The position numbers and the translations under genes are program-made. The notes under the pieces are model-generated. The model was not told the DNA's origin. It ran no database searches and saw only the letters and a list, made by a program, of their open reading frames with translations. DNA of 64,000 nt from Planctomycetota bacterium (GTDB lineage Bacteria; Planctomycetota; GCA-002687715), in the NCBI GenBank assembly GCA_002687715.1, contig NZBC01000048.1:6402-70401 (forward strand). Reading direction: 5' to 3'. Every line of letters begins with the position of its first letter. The stretch's first letter is position 1. Shown here in pieces: positions 1-9,240 of this stretch.

Positions 1-1598
1 GAAAGCTCGACGCGCACGTACCGCCCACGAACACGGCGGGGCGCCACCGGCTCCAACCACACCTCGACTTCGTTGAGCACGATGTTGCCGTTGCCGCGGC
101 CCGGTCCGCCGTTGGGCAGCGCCGGGTCGGGCAGCGCCTCGATCCGTACGCCGGTGATCTGCGGGAGGTCAGTCAGCGTCTTGATCGTGTAGGTCGCGGT
201 GTCCGGAGACGGCCCCACCGCAGCGATGACGCCGGTGCCATCCGCTACGAGCTTTCCTCCGCCGGTGGAAACCGCGGACTCGACCTGCGGGATGACCCAA
301 CGGTGGCCCGCCGCCGCGCGTCGCTCCCAGGCGCGCTGCCGATCCGGGCCGCCCGCGGCAAGGCGGCCCATCCGCCGCTCCAACTCCGCGATCTCCCGGT
401 CGAAGACGGACCGCTTCTCGACCTCCTCCGCGGTGGGGGTCGGGAGACGCGGCGCGTCATTGGGCAGATCGCGATCGACCGTTTGGTTGAACACCGCGAA
501 CAGCCGGTAGTACTCCTCCTGCGAGACCGGATCGAACTTGTGGTTGTGGCACTGCGCGCAGCCGAGCGTCAGCCCCATCCACACCTGTCCCGTCGTGTTC
601 ACCCGGTCCTTCACCGCGGCGACGCGGAACTCCTCGTCGTCGGTGCCGCCCTCGGTGTTCGTCATCGTGTTGCGGTGGAACGCCGTCGCGAGCTTCTGCG
701 ACATGGTGGCGTCCGGCAGGAGATCGCCGCCGAGCTGCTCGACGGTAAAGCGGTCGTAGGGCTGGTTGCGGTTGAACGCATCGATCACCCAGTCGCGCCA
801 ACGCCAGATCTTCCGCAACGGGTCGGACGCATATCCGTTCGAATCGGCATAGCGTGCGAGGTCGAGCCAGAGCCGTGCCATCCGCTCCCCGTACGCAGGT
901 GAAGCCAGCAGCCGATCAACCGCCTTCTCATACCAGCCCGAAGAGCGGTCGTTCGCGAACGCGCGCATCTCTTCGAGCGTCGGCGGAAGGCCGTTCAGGT
1001 CTAGAGTGAGCCGGCGAAGCAGCGCGTAGCGGTCGGCCTCTGCCGCGGGTTGCAACCCCTCGCGCTCTTGCCGAGCCCGCACGTAGCGGTCGATGGGCGT
1101 CCGCACCCACGCCACCGCGGCAACCGCAGGCGGCGCCCGCGGCTCGGGCTTGACGAACGCCCAGTGCTTCGCCCACGGCGCTCCGGCGTCAATCCATGCG
1201 CCGAGTCGCGTGATCTCACCGGGCTTGAGCTCGTGCGCAGAATCGCCAGGCGGCATCCGACGCTTCGGATCGTCTGCCGTGATCCGTCGCCACAGGGCGC
1301 TCGCCGCACGATCCCCCGGGACCACGGCGCGTCGCCCGCTCCGAAGCTCCGCGGTCGCGCCCGTTCGCGTGTCCAGCCGCAGCCCCGCCTGGCGGTCCTC
1401 CTCATCCGGCCCGTGACACGCGAAGCAGTTGCGCGACAGGATCGACCGGATCTCGCGCGCGAGGTCCGGGTTCGTCAAACGGGGCCCGGTCGGACAACCC
1501 GCGACCAAACCGTCCGGCACGACCTCCACCGCCGCACCCGGGATCAGGGTCAGCGCGGCGCACCCGACGAGAACCAGCGAAAGAGGAAGTCGAAGCAT
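1..1598 (-). CDS. Planctomycete cytochrome c (PSCyt1) + DUF1549-type protein, 3' end runs off the window
   Basis: Manual translation from ATG at 1598 gives MLRLPLSLVLVGCAAL...EIRSILSRNCFACHGPDEEDRQAGLRLD (CxxCH), LRRLTLDLNGLPPT and CAQCHNHKFDP. It is missing from the ORF track because its stop lies outside the window. Confidence 0.88.
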   Translation of the reverse strand, partial: MLRLPLSLVLVGCAALTLIPGAAVEVVPDGLVAGCPTGPRLTNPDLAREIRSILSRNCFACHGPDEEDRQAGLRLDTRTGATAELRSGRRAVVPGDRAASALWRRITADDPKRRMPPGDSAHELKPGEITRLGAWIDAGAPWAKHWAFVKPEPRAPPAVAAVAWVRTPIDRYVRARQEREGLQPAAEADRYALLRRLTLDLNGLPPTLEEMRAFANDRSSGWYEKAVDRLLASPAYGERMARLWLDLARYADSNGYASDPLRKIWRWRDWVIDAFNRNQPYDRFTVEQLGGDLLPDATMSQKLATAFHRNTMTNTEGGTDDEEFRVAAVKDRVNTTGQVWMGLTLGCAQCHNHKFDPVSQEEYYRLFAVFNQTVDRDLPNDAPRLPTPTAEEVEKRSVFDREIAELERRMGRLAAGGPDRQRAWERRAAAGHRWVIPQVESAVSTGGGKLVADGTGVIAAVGPSPDTATYTIKTLTDLPQITGVRIEALPDPALPNGGPGRGNGNIVLNEVEVWLEPVAPRRVRGRYVRVEL

Positions 1599-1682
1599 CA
1601 CGACGAAGGAAGCATCACAACGAAGGAGTGCCTGATGGTAGCAGGCACTCCCACCTCAGTCGGCGGCATCGACCGGGCACCG

Positions 1683-2819
1683 CTACTGGAGCGTCACCTC
1701 GGCCAGCTGCGTGGCCGCCCATCCGCCGGATACGGGTTCGAACGCAACGGCGGCGATACGGATGACGGTGCCGGACAGCGCCGGACCGGGGTGATTGAGG
1801 AAGATGTTGTCAGCGCGGACGTAGCCGACGACCGGAGCGTTGCCCTGGATGGGCGCGGCCACAGTGAGGCCGCCATTGTTGGTGAGCGCTCCGAAGGCGG
1901 CGTTGGTGAGCGACGCGACGACGAGCGGATCCGCGATCGTCAGGGGAACGACGTTCCCGCCCGGCAGGGGCGTGACGCCGACCTGGACACCCGCCATCAG
2001 CGCATAGCTGTGCGGGTTGGGCGCCACGAAAGGAATGGGCAACTGATTACGGAAGACGCACCAGGCTTCGAGGCTGCCGCCGACCGGTACCGTCCGGCCG
2101 CCGGGGAAGTGGACAGTGGCCTCGCCGGTAGCGAACTCCTGGATGCCTTGACGACGCACCTGGACACCACTGGCGGGGTCGACCCACGTCGTCTGCACCC
2201 GATACGGTGCGGCCGGTAGACCCGCCGTAGGTAGCGGTACGGTCAGGCGCCCGGCGGCGGGCACGGTCAGGCCGGCCAGGAGGCTGGTCCCGATCACCGG
2301 ACCTCCACCGAGCGGCAACACCTCGACGCGATCGCCCGGGACGAATGTGTGCGGTGCCCCCGACACGTTCAGGAAGATCCACTGATCGACGATTCCGACG
2401 TTGATCTCGAGCGGATTCGGCCGGTAGATCGCGTCCGGGTACGCATGAAGCGTGGGGAAGTTCGCCGACGGCGCGCCGACGTCCAAGCGCAGGCAAGCTC
2501 CGTTGCCCACCCGGTTGTAGAGCAGGTAGCTTCCGGCCGACCCAGGTCCCGTTGCCGGGAGAGTCATGCTCTGCGTGAGGATGCCGCCCACCATCAGCGA
2601 TGAGACTGTGTCGGTCGTCGCGGGGAAGCGAGGGAATGTCCGCTCGCCGTCGCGATGGAGAAGAATGGTCTCCCCCGTGCCGTAGAACACCGAACCACCT
2701 GACGTGTTGTTCAGCACAATGGTGATCGTCCCGCCCGCCGGTACGGGGTTCTGCGAAACGGTGAGCGTCTGCGCCTGGATTGACAAGGCAAACAGCCCGA
2801 GCAGTGTGAGGTTCCTCAT
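1683..2819 (-). CDS. Secreted hypothetical protein, beta-rich (Ig-like modules)
   Basis: Signal peptide MRNLTLLGLFALSIQA-Q, followed by G/P/T/V-rich beta-strand sequence. Confidence 0.75.
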   Translation of the reverse strand: MRNLTLLGLFALSIQAQTLTVSQNPVPAGGTITIVLNNTSGGSVFYGTGETILLHRDGERTFPRFPATTDTVSSLMVGGILTQSMTLPATGPGSAGSYLLYNRVGNGACLRLDVGAPSANFPTLHAYPDAIYRPNPLEINVGIVDQWIFLNVSGAPHTFVPGDRVEVLPLGGGPVIGTSLLAGLTVPAAGRLTVPLPTAGLPAAPYRVQTTWVDPASGVQVRRQGIQEFATGEATVHFPGGRTVPVGGSLEAWCVFRNQLPIPFVAPNPHSYALMAGVQVGVTPLPGGNVVPLTIADPLVVASLTNAAFGALTNNGGLTVAAPIQGNAPVVGYVRADNIFLNHPGPALSGTVIRIAAVAFEPVSGGWAATQLAEVTLQ

Positions 2820-2960
2820 GGGTCGCCTGAGTTGGTCTCGAGAAGGCCTGCGCGGGATGGCAGGCTGGTTCACCGCTCACCAGCCTACCTTGCGGTGCCC
2901 TGATGTGGTCACCCGCTTCGGCGATTCCGGGCAGCCCGCGGGCCCTCGCGCCGACTCATC

Positions 2961-4373
2961 CTAGCCACCGAGTTTGTCGATCAAGGTCAGGACGCAGAAC
3001 CACCCGAAGAACGCGCACGCACCGCCCAGCACGACCAGACGCACCGGGTGCGGACGCAACTCGCCGCGGAAGGCCCGGAGGTTCATCACGAGGAGCAGGG
3101 CGGAGTAGAGGCACATCACGAAGCCGTTGAGCGTCGCCGCCATCACCAACAAGGCGAGCGGCTTGTCGAAGCCCAGGAGCAGCACGACGATGCCGAACCC
3201 GATGAGCGTCCACAGCGTGACGAAGTAGATCCGGGACAGCGGCACCGCCTCGAGACCGCGGGACCAGGTCGCCTTGGCCGCGTCGGCCGCCACCCGCGAC
3301 ACGGCGTCCAGCAGCGCGAACTCGGTCGAGAACAGGACGAGCACTCCACCCCACAGGAACGCGTGACGCGCCCATGCCCCGAAGCGCTCCTCCAGCACGC
3401 GTCCTTGTTCGTGGATGAACGAGAACCCTTCACCGATATCGGCGCCCGTACCGAGCAACGCCCGCGCCACGAGCGAGAACAGGCACAGCGAAACGAGGCA
3501 CAACAGGAAGAACGAGAAGAAGTGCTCCAGGTTGGTCCGCCGCCACCACGTCCGCCAGCGCACGAGCTCCGACTCCGATCCCTCGAACACCGCACCCACG
3601 AGGCCGCCGTCCTCCGGCTTTCCGGTCAACGGGCTCGTGATGCGTCCGACCCACCGTCCCATCCCATAGCCCTTGTCGCGAATGTAGCTCGACTGGGCGA
3701 GATTCAACGCCCCGCCCGCGCCCGCGAACGCCACCGCACCGAACAACGTCGGCATGTGGACCCCGTCCGGGATGTTCCCGAACTGCACCGCGCCCGCGAA
3801 CATCTCACGCACGTGCGCCATCTCGACGACCTGCCACGCGATCACGACGACGATCGCGAAGATCGACGCAACGAGGATCATCGAGAGCATCTCGACAGTG
3901 CGGTAGACCACGGGCCCCAGCGACAAGGCGATCCCCGCGAGGACGAGGCCGCCGATCGCGACGGGCACGATCGCGGGCTTCTCGCCACCCGTCTCCGCGA
4001 CCAGCAGCTCAGCCGCGCCCGTCGCCCACCCGGGCCAGATCCAGGGCAACGTCGCGCAGAAGAGGAACACGGGACCGAACACCCGGTGCATCCGGAAGAA
4101 CCCGGTGACCGCGCTCTCCCCGGTCGCCAACGTCCACCGCTCGATCTCCATGTTGATGAAGAACTGCACGGTGACCCCGATCCAGCATGCCCAGAACAAG
4201 GCGAAGCCATGGGTCACCGTCAGCTGCGGCCACATCACGAACTCTCCGGAGCCGACTGCGAGCCCGGCGAGGATGATGCTCGGTCCGATCATGCGCCGCA
4301 GCGAAATGGGCGCGGGCAACTCCCGCACCGGAGGCGCGGGGAGGTGGCGATCCGGAATCCTGGGAGTCGGCAT
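2961..4373 (-). CDS. NRAMP-like (YcsG-type) divalent cation/solute transporter
   Basis: About 11 TM helices and an N-terminal IGPSIILAGLAVGSGEF motif. Confidence 0.75.
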   Translation of the reverse strand: MPTPRIPDRHLPAPPVRELPAPISLRRMIGPSIILAGLAVGSGEFVMWPQLTVTHGFALFWACWIGVTVQFFINMEIERWTLATGESAVTGFFRMHRVFGPVFLFCATLPWIWPGWATGAAELLVAETGGEKPAIVPVAIGGLVLAGIALSLGPVVYRTVEMLSMILVASIFAIVVVIAWQVVEMAHVREMFAGAVQFGNIPDGVHMPTLFGAVAFAGAGGALNLAQSSYIRDKGYGMGRWVGRITSPLTGKPEDGGLVGAVFEGSESELVRWRTWWRRTNLEHFFSFFLLCLVSLCLFSLVARALLGTGADIGEGFSFIHEQGRVLEERFGAWARHAFLWGGVLVLFSTEFALLDAVSRVAADAAKATWSRGLEAVPLSRIYFVTLWTLIGFGIVVLLLGFDKPLALLVMAATLNGFVMCLYSALLLVMNLRAFRGELRPHPVRLVVLGGACAFFGWFCVLTLIDKLGG

Positions 4374-4460
4374 GCCCGGTGTCTATCCGATCGCAAATCG
4401 GGGCGCCAGCGATCTTCCGGGGGCGCGGACCTCCAGAGCGTGTGAAGCAACTTGCTCCGG

Positions 4461-4540
4461 CGGGAGCGCGGACCTCCAGGTCCGCTCTGGCGGCGAAGCC
4501 GGATCCGGACTCAGGCCGGACCTGGAGGTCCACGCTCCCG
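4461..4540. repeat. REP-like inverted doublet (REPIN-like)
   Basis: GGGAGCGCGGACCTCCAGGTCCGC, a spacer with a CGGC-GAA-GCCG hairpin, then an inverted degenerate copy. The same element occurs at 53115-53197 and a partial copy at ~4421. Confidence 0.8.
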
Positions 4541-4550
4541 GGACCCGGCG

Positions 4551-5582
4551 CTATTTCTTCTTGCCGCGGCGTCCCCGGCGGCCGTTGTTGCCGGCCGGCG
4601 TTTCCGGGAGTGTGAGGTCGACGCTGATCTTCATCGTGGGACGGGACTGGGAGAGCTTCGCGGCCGCGTCCTTGGTGACCTTGGTCTGCCAGACGAAGAG
4701 TGACTCGAGATTCTCGAGCTTGGCGATCACCGCCAGCCCCTGATCGGAGACGTCGGTGCCGAAGAGGTTGAGGTAACGGAGCTCCTTCAGCTTCGCGAGC
4801 CTCGCGAGTCCACGGTCCGTCACGTCGGTCTGACGAACGTCGAGCCTGGTGAGGCGCTTCATGCGGCCGACCGTCATCATGGCCCGATCGGTCACGAGCG
4901 TGCGGCCGAGGATGAGTTGGGTGATGTGATTCTGGAGGGGCGCGAGCGCGGCCACCTGCTTGTCGCCGACCTCGTTCTCGTGCGATGCGAACGTGACCCG
5001 CAACAGCACGCTACCGGGAGCCGCGGGCACGATGCGCGCGTGGGCAGCCCGCGCCGCCTTCTCGATCGTTCCAGATGACGCCGGCGCCAGCCCCTGGCCG
5101 AGCTCGTGCAGGCGCTTGATCGCAGTGGGGAGCCGGTCGAGAGGGACGACCGGCGCCGCGGTGTCCTCACTACCGGCGGCATTGGTCCATTCACCGAATC
5201 TCGCACCTTGCTGGATCCACTCCTTGAGCAGGTCCTGCTCACGCTTCGGCAGCGGCCCGCCCTTGTCGGGCATGAACCCGTCCTCGCTCTTTTGCAGCGT
5301 GGTCAGCGTGTAGAGGAGGCTGTCCTCGGGATCGCCTGGGATCACGACCTTTTCGTCGCGGCCGCCCTTGAGGATCCAGTTCTTTCCATCGAGGCGAAGG
5401 CCGGCTTTCGGCTTGCGGAGGATGTCGCGGTCGTCGCGGAACGCCGCTCGATGGCACGAGACGCAGTTCTTCTCGAGGATGGGCCAGATCTGCGACGCGA
5501 AGTCGACTCGCGACTGCGCGGACGCGGACGGGGCGAAGACCCCCGCGAGCACGGCGAGGGTGAGCAGTGTGCGTAACGACAT
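4551..5582 (-). CDS. Planctomycete cytochrome c domain + leucine-rich repeat protein
   Basis: Signal peptide, VDFASQIWPILEKNCVSCH heme motif, and C-terminal LRRs (LxxLxLxxTxVTDxGL). Confidence 0.85.
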   Translation of the reverse strand: MSLRTLLTLAVLAGVFAPSASAQSRVDFASQIWPILEKNCVSCHRAAFRDDRDILRKPKAGLRLDGKNWILKGGRDEKVVIPGDPEDSLLYTLTTLQKSEDGFMPDKGGPLPKREQDLLKEWIQQGARFGEWTNAAGSEDTAAPVVPLDRLPTAIKRLHELGQGLAPASSGTIEKAARAAHARIVPAAPGSVLLRVTFASHENEVGDKQVAALAPLQNHITQLILGRTLVTDRAMMTVGRMKRLTRLDVRQTDVTDRGLARLAKLKELRYLNLFGTDVSDQGLAVIAKLENLESLFVWQTKVTKDAAAKLSQSRPTMKISVDLTLPETPAGNNGRRGRRGKKK

Positions 5583-5594
5583 GGAGGGTCCTCT

Positions 5595-6902
5595 CTACGA
5601 GAAGAGCGCGGTGGCCGGCTTGCCCTTGTGTGCGATCTGGAACGGCCGCTTGGACGGCGAGTAGATGATGCGATCCAGCGGGAGGCCCAACGCATACGCG
5701 ATCGTCGCGTTGAAGTCGGGCACCATCAGCTGGCTCTCGATGACCTCGCGCCCTTCGGCGTCGGTCTTGCCGTAGCGCTGTCCACCCTTCACGCCGCCAC
5801 CGGCGAGCAGACAGGTGAACGCCTTCGGGTAGTGGTCGCGGCCGTTGCGCCCGCCGTTGATGCGAGGTGTCCGCCCGAACTCGGTCGCGAGTACGACGAG
5901 GGTCTCCTCGAGCAGTCCGCGCGCTTCGAGATCGGCGAGCAGCGTGGCGAGGGTCCGGTCCAGCGGAGGACACTTCTCCTCCATCTTGTCCCAGTTCTCG
6001 TTGTGGGTGTCCCAGCCCCCCGAGACGACCTCGATGAAGCGAACGCCGTTCTCGACGAGACGACGCGCGAGCAAACAGCCCTGCCCGAAGTTGTCGTTGC
6101 CGTAGGCGATGCGGAGCGCATCCGGCTCCTTGGTGAGGTCGAAGGCCTCGAGGTCCTTCGAATCCATGAGGTTCATGGCCTGGTCGTACATCTCCGTGTA
6201 CGCCCGGACCTTCTTCTGGGTGTAGCGGTCCTGGAATGCGGCGTTCATCTTCGCCAACCGCTCCAGTCGCTTGTCGAACGTGCGCGCGTCGACGTTCTTG
6301 TGACGCTTCGAGTTCTTGAGCCCCGCCTCCGGATCACCGATGGGCAGGGGGATGTACTCGGACGGGAAGAAGCCCGCGCTGGCTAGGTTGGCCCCGCCGA
6401 CCGCCACGAACCCGGGCAGGTTCGGGTTGGCCGACCCATCGATGCGGTTGACCCACGCCCCGAAGCTCGGGTGCTTGATCGTCCCGCGAGGCTCGTAGCT
6501 CGTGTGCATGAAGTACCGCCCCTGGGCGTGCGCGCCCTGGGTCGAACTCAGCGACGAGACGACCGCCACCTTGTCCATGTGGCGAGCCATGTTCTTGAAG
6601 TGTGACGAGACCAGGACGTCGTCCGCAGTGGTCTTGATCGACTCCGTCGGCCCCTGGGTGCCGGCGCCGGGCTTGGGATCGAAGGTATCGAGATGCGACA
6701 TCCCCCCGGACAGGAAGATGTAGATCACGTTCTTCGCCGTGCCGCCGGTCGGGCGCGCCTCCGCAGCGGGCTCCTCCTGCGCGAGCGCGAGGTTCGAGAG
6801 GAGCGGCATCGCGCCGAGACCGAGCATCGAGCTGGCCGCGCCCGCCACGAAGCTGCGCCTGGTCGGGCCATCGCAACCGTCGAAGTGTTCTCTGAGCGTC
6901 AT
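5595..6902 (-). CDS. DUF1501 family protein (Tat signal)
   Basis: TRRSFV Tat motif, IYIFLSGGMSHLDTFDPK, GGWDTH, TEFGRTP and GRDH motifs. Confidence 0.92.
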   Translation of the reverse strand: MTLREHFDGCDGPTRRSFVAGAASSMLGLGAMPLLSNLALAQEEPAAEARPTGGTAKNVIYIFLSGGMSHLDTFDPKPGAGTQGPTESIKTTADDVLVSSHFKNMARHMDKVAVVSSLSSTQGAHAQGRYFMHTSYEPRGTIKHPSFGAWVNRIDGSANPNLPGFVAVGGANLASAGFFPSEYIPLPIGDPEAGLKNSKRHKNVDARTFDKRLERLAKMNAAFQDRYTQKKVRAYTEMYDQAMNLMDSKDLEAFDLTKEPDALRIAYGNDNFGQGCLLARRLVENGVRFIEVVSGGWDTHNENWDKMEEKCPPLDRTLATLLADLEARGLLEETLVVLATEFGRTPRINGGRNGRDHYPKAFTCLLAGGGVKGGQRYGKTDAEGREVIESQLMVPDFNATIAYALGLPLDRIIYSPSKRPFQIAHKGKPATALFS

Positions 6903-6932
6903 GGTGCGTCCTTCTGGGCAGCAGCGGATGGA

Positions 6933-9050
6933 TCAGCGGATGAAGCGAAACTCGTGGGTGTTCACGAGTGTCCAGACGAGGTCTTTCGTCGCCTGGAGCG
7001 GGGCCTTGGCCATGTCGGCCTTCCACATCGCCAGCTCCGACTGGGTCGGACGACGGTTGAGCGTGCCGAGGAACGCGGCGCGGATCTTCGCAACCGGGCC
7101 CCGTGCGTTCTCCACGGTCTTCATGAGAGCCGAGCTGCGATTCCCGATGACGCTGTCCTCGACGAACCCGTTGATGAGCGAGAGCACTTGCGGGACGGCC
7201 GCATCCTGGTGCGATGCTTGGATCTGATCGCGGTCGGACTGGCCGAACTGGCGGAGGAAGTGACCGGCGGGGGCCGGCTGCTGGACGTCCGACGCCCGGG
7301 CGAGGATGTTCCCGCGTCCACGGCGCCGATAGCGACCGCGGGCCTCGGCGCGGACCTTCTCGATCTCGGCCAGGACCCCCGCCTGAGCCGACTTGTTCCG
7401 GCGACGACGCGCTTCGCGGAGCTTGCGCTGGAGTGGCCGCAGCTTCTTCTGGATGCCCTCGCGCTCCTTGCGCTGCTGCCGCTGGCGCTTCTGACGGGCC
7501 ATCTGGGGATTCGCCCGGCGGGCCGCGAACTCCTCGATGTACTGCTTGAGGTCTGCGCGCGTGCCGGACGCCATCTTCAGGTGACGCTCGTAGATCGGCT
7601 TGGCACGGGTATCGGATTCGAGCAGCGTCGAGTCGACGTCGTCGATCATGAGACCGAGCATCGAGTCCCACATCTGCTCCGCGCTGAGACGACGCAGCGA
7701 GGGGCCGGTGAAGTGATAGGCCTCGCCCGGCTGGGCCCCGGCCTCGGCCACCTCACTCTGCCAGGTCCGCGTGTTGAAGAGCACCCGGAGGTACTGCTTC
7801 AGGTCGTACCGCACGTCGACCATGACCCGCTCGACGTAGGCCATCAGCTCCGGCTGCGACGATTTGGTGTCCTCCTTGAGGTCGTCGACCGGCTCGATCA
7901 GCCCGACCCCCATCACGAGCTTCCACATGCGGTTCGCGATGACCTTGGTGAAGCGCGGGTTCTCGGGCGAGGTCATCCAGTCCGCGTACGCCGTACGGGA
8001 ATCGACCGGCTGGCCGGTCGGCAACTTGCGGCGGCGTTTCTTGTTCTTGGGCTGGCGGCGACCACGTCCCCGGAGCTGGCGCTGGGACAGGGGCCTCGTC
8101 TCGACCTCGACGGCCTCCCCGAAGATCGTCTTGGCTTCGATGAGCGACTTCGGCTTCGCGTCGTCGTACTTGTAGTCGTCCGGCAAACGCGCCAGGCCCG
8201 TGCCGGATCCCGACACTCCGTACACCGCCGACCGCACCGTATTGCGGATCGCTTGACGGGCAGCCTGATCGCCGTACTTCGCGCTCAGCTCCTTCTGCAT
8301 GCCCCTCATGTTCCGCAGCCTGCGGGCCATCTCGACGTCCGTGTACTGGATGTCTCCGGCGAACGCCGCCATCCCGAAGAAGTCCTGTTGCTTCCACTTG
8401 TCGAACGGGTGGTTGTGGCACTGCGCGCACTCGAGGCGCGTCCCGAGGAACGTGCGAACGGCGTTCGCCATGTTGTCCTCCGGCATGCCGCGGTCACGGA
8501 GGATGAACCCCGTCGCCCCGTTGTCCTCAGCGTGGGCGGCGCCGGTGGCGGTCAGGAGCTCGCGGACCATCTGGTCGTAGGGCTTGGCCTCGGCGATCGA
8601 CTTCTTGATCCAGTGCATGTACGGCTCGCCGGAGATCCGCTGCGACAGCCGGGTGCGGACGCGAAGCAGATCCGCCCACCAATTGAACATGTGGCTGACG
8701 TGCCCCGGAGAGTCCAGGAGCTGATCGATGAGCTGGCTGCGCTTGGCCTGCTTCTGAGTGCGGAGGAATGCATCCGCCTCCGCGGCCGACGGGATGCGAC
8801 CGACGATCGCCAGGTACGCCCTGCGGACGAACGTCGCGTCGTCGATGAGCCGGTTCGGACGCATTCCGTGCTCGCGGAGGTCGAGCAGCACGAGCTTGTC
8901 GATCTCCCGCGCCGCTTTCTGCACCTCGTCGAGCGAAGATGCACCGACGTCGGCGCTCGGCTCGATGGGACCGGCCCCGTCGGGCAGGGCCAGGGTCAGC
9001 AAGGCACAGAGGGTGACGTAAGGCAGGCTTCTGAAAGACGTTGGAAGCAT
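6933..9050 (-). CDS. DUF1549/DUF1553 (PSD1-type) protein
   Basis: DDATFVRRAYLAIVGRIP, LECAQCHNHPFDKW, NRMWKLVMGVGLIEPVDD and LRRLSAEQMWDS motifs. Start assigned to MLPTSF, which precedes a signal peptide. Confidence 0.9.
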   Translation of the reverse strand: MLPTSFRSLPYVTLCALLTLALPDGAGPIEPSADVGASSLDEVQKAAREIDKLVLLDLREHGMRPNRLIDDATFVRRAYLAIVGRIPSAAEADAFLRTQKQAKRSQLIDQLLDSPGHVSHMFNWWADLLRVRTRLSQRISGEPYMHWIKKSIAEAKPYDQMVRELLTATGAAHAEDNGATGFILRDRGMPEDNMANAVRTFLGTRLECAQCHNHPFDKWKQQDFFGMAAFAGDIQYTDVEMARRLRNMRGMQKELSAKYGDQAARQAIRNTVRSAVYGVSGSGTGLARLPDDYKYDDAKPKSLIEAKTIFGEAVEVETRPLSQRQLRGRGRRQPKNKKRRRKLPTGQPVDSRTAYADWMTSPENPRFTKVIANRMWKLVMGVGLIEPVDDLKEDTKSSQPELMAYVERVMVDVRYDLKQYLRVLFNTRTWQSEVAEAGAQPGEAYHFTGPSLRRLSAEQMWDSMLGLMIDDVDSTLLESDTRAKPIYERHLKMASGTRADLKQYIEEFAARRANPQMARQKRQRQQRKEREGIQKKLRPLQRKLREARRRRNKSAQAGVLAEIEKVRAEARGRYRRRGRGNILARASDVQQPAPAGHFLRQFGQSDRDQIQASHQDAAVPQVLSLINGFVEDSVIGNRSSALMKTVENARGPVAKIRAAFLGTLNRRPTQSELAMWKADMAKAPLQATKDLVWTLVNTHEFRFIR

Positions 9051-9240
9051 GGTCAGCTCCGGAGCTTCGAGGGGCCGGGTATCGGCCGTCGGCCAGTCTA
9101 CCGCCGGGCGACCTAGTTCTTTCGGTTCTTGCTTCGACCAAAGAGCAATCCCTCCTGGCCCTTCGAGAGCCTCCCTGGCCCGGATCCGAGGCCAGTAGCT
9201 CAATCCCTTGCCGGGTAGCGACTTGCAGTATCCTGCGGCC

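Noticed and set aside
1592-1626. 17-bp tandem duplication over a start codon (GAAGCATCACGACGAAG / GAAGCATCACAACGAAG)
   Set aside because: Only two imperfect copies, with no evidence of function.
6693-9116. Long antisense ORFs (this one, and 15188-17203, 23439-26060, 31107-33338)
   Set aside because: These are shadows of real genes on the opposite strand, typical of high-GC codon bias, and carry no motifs.
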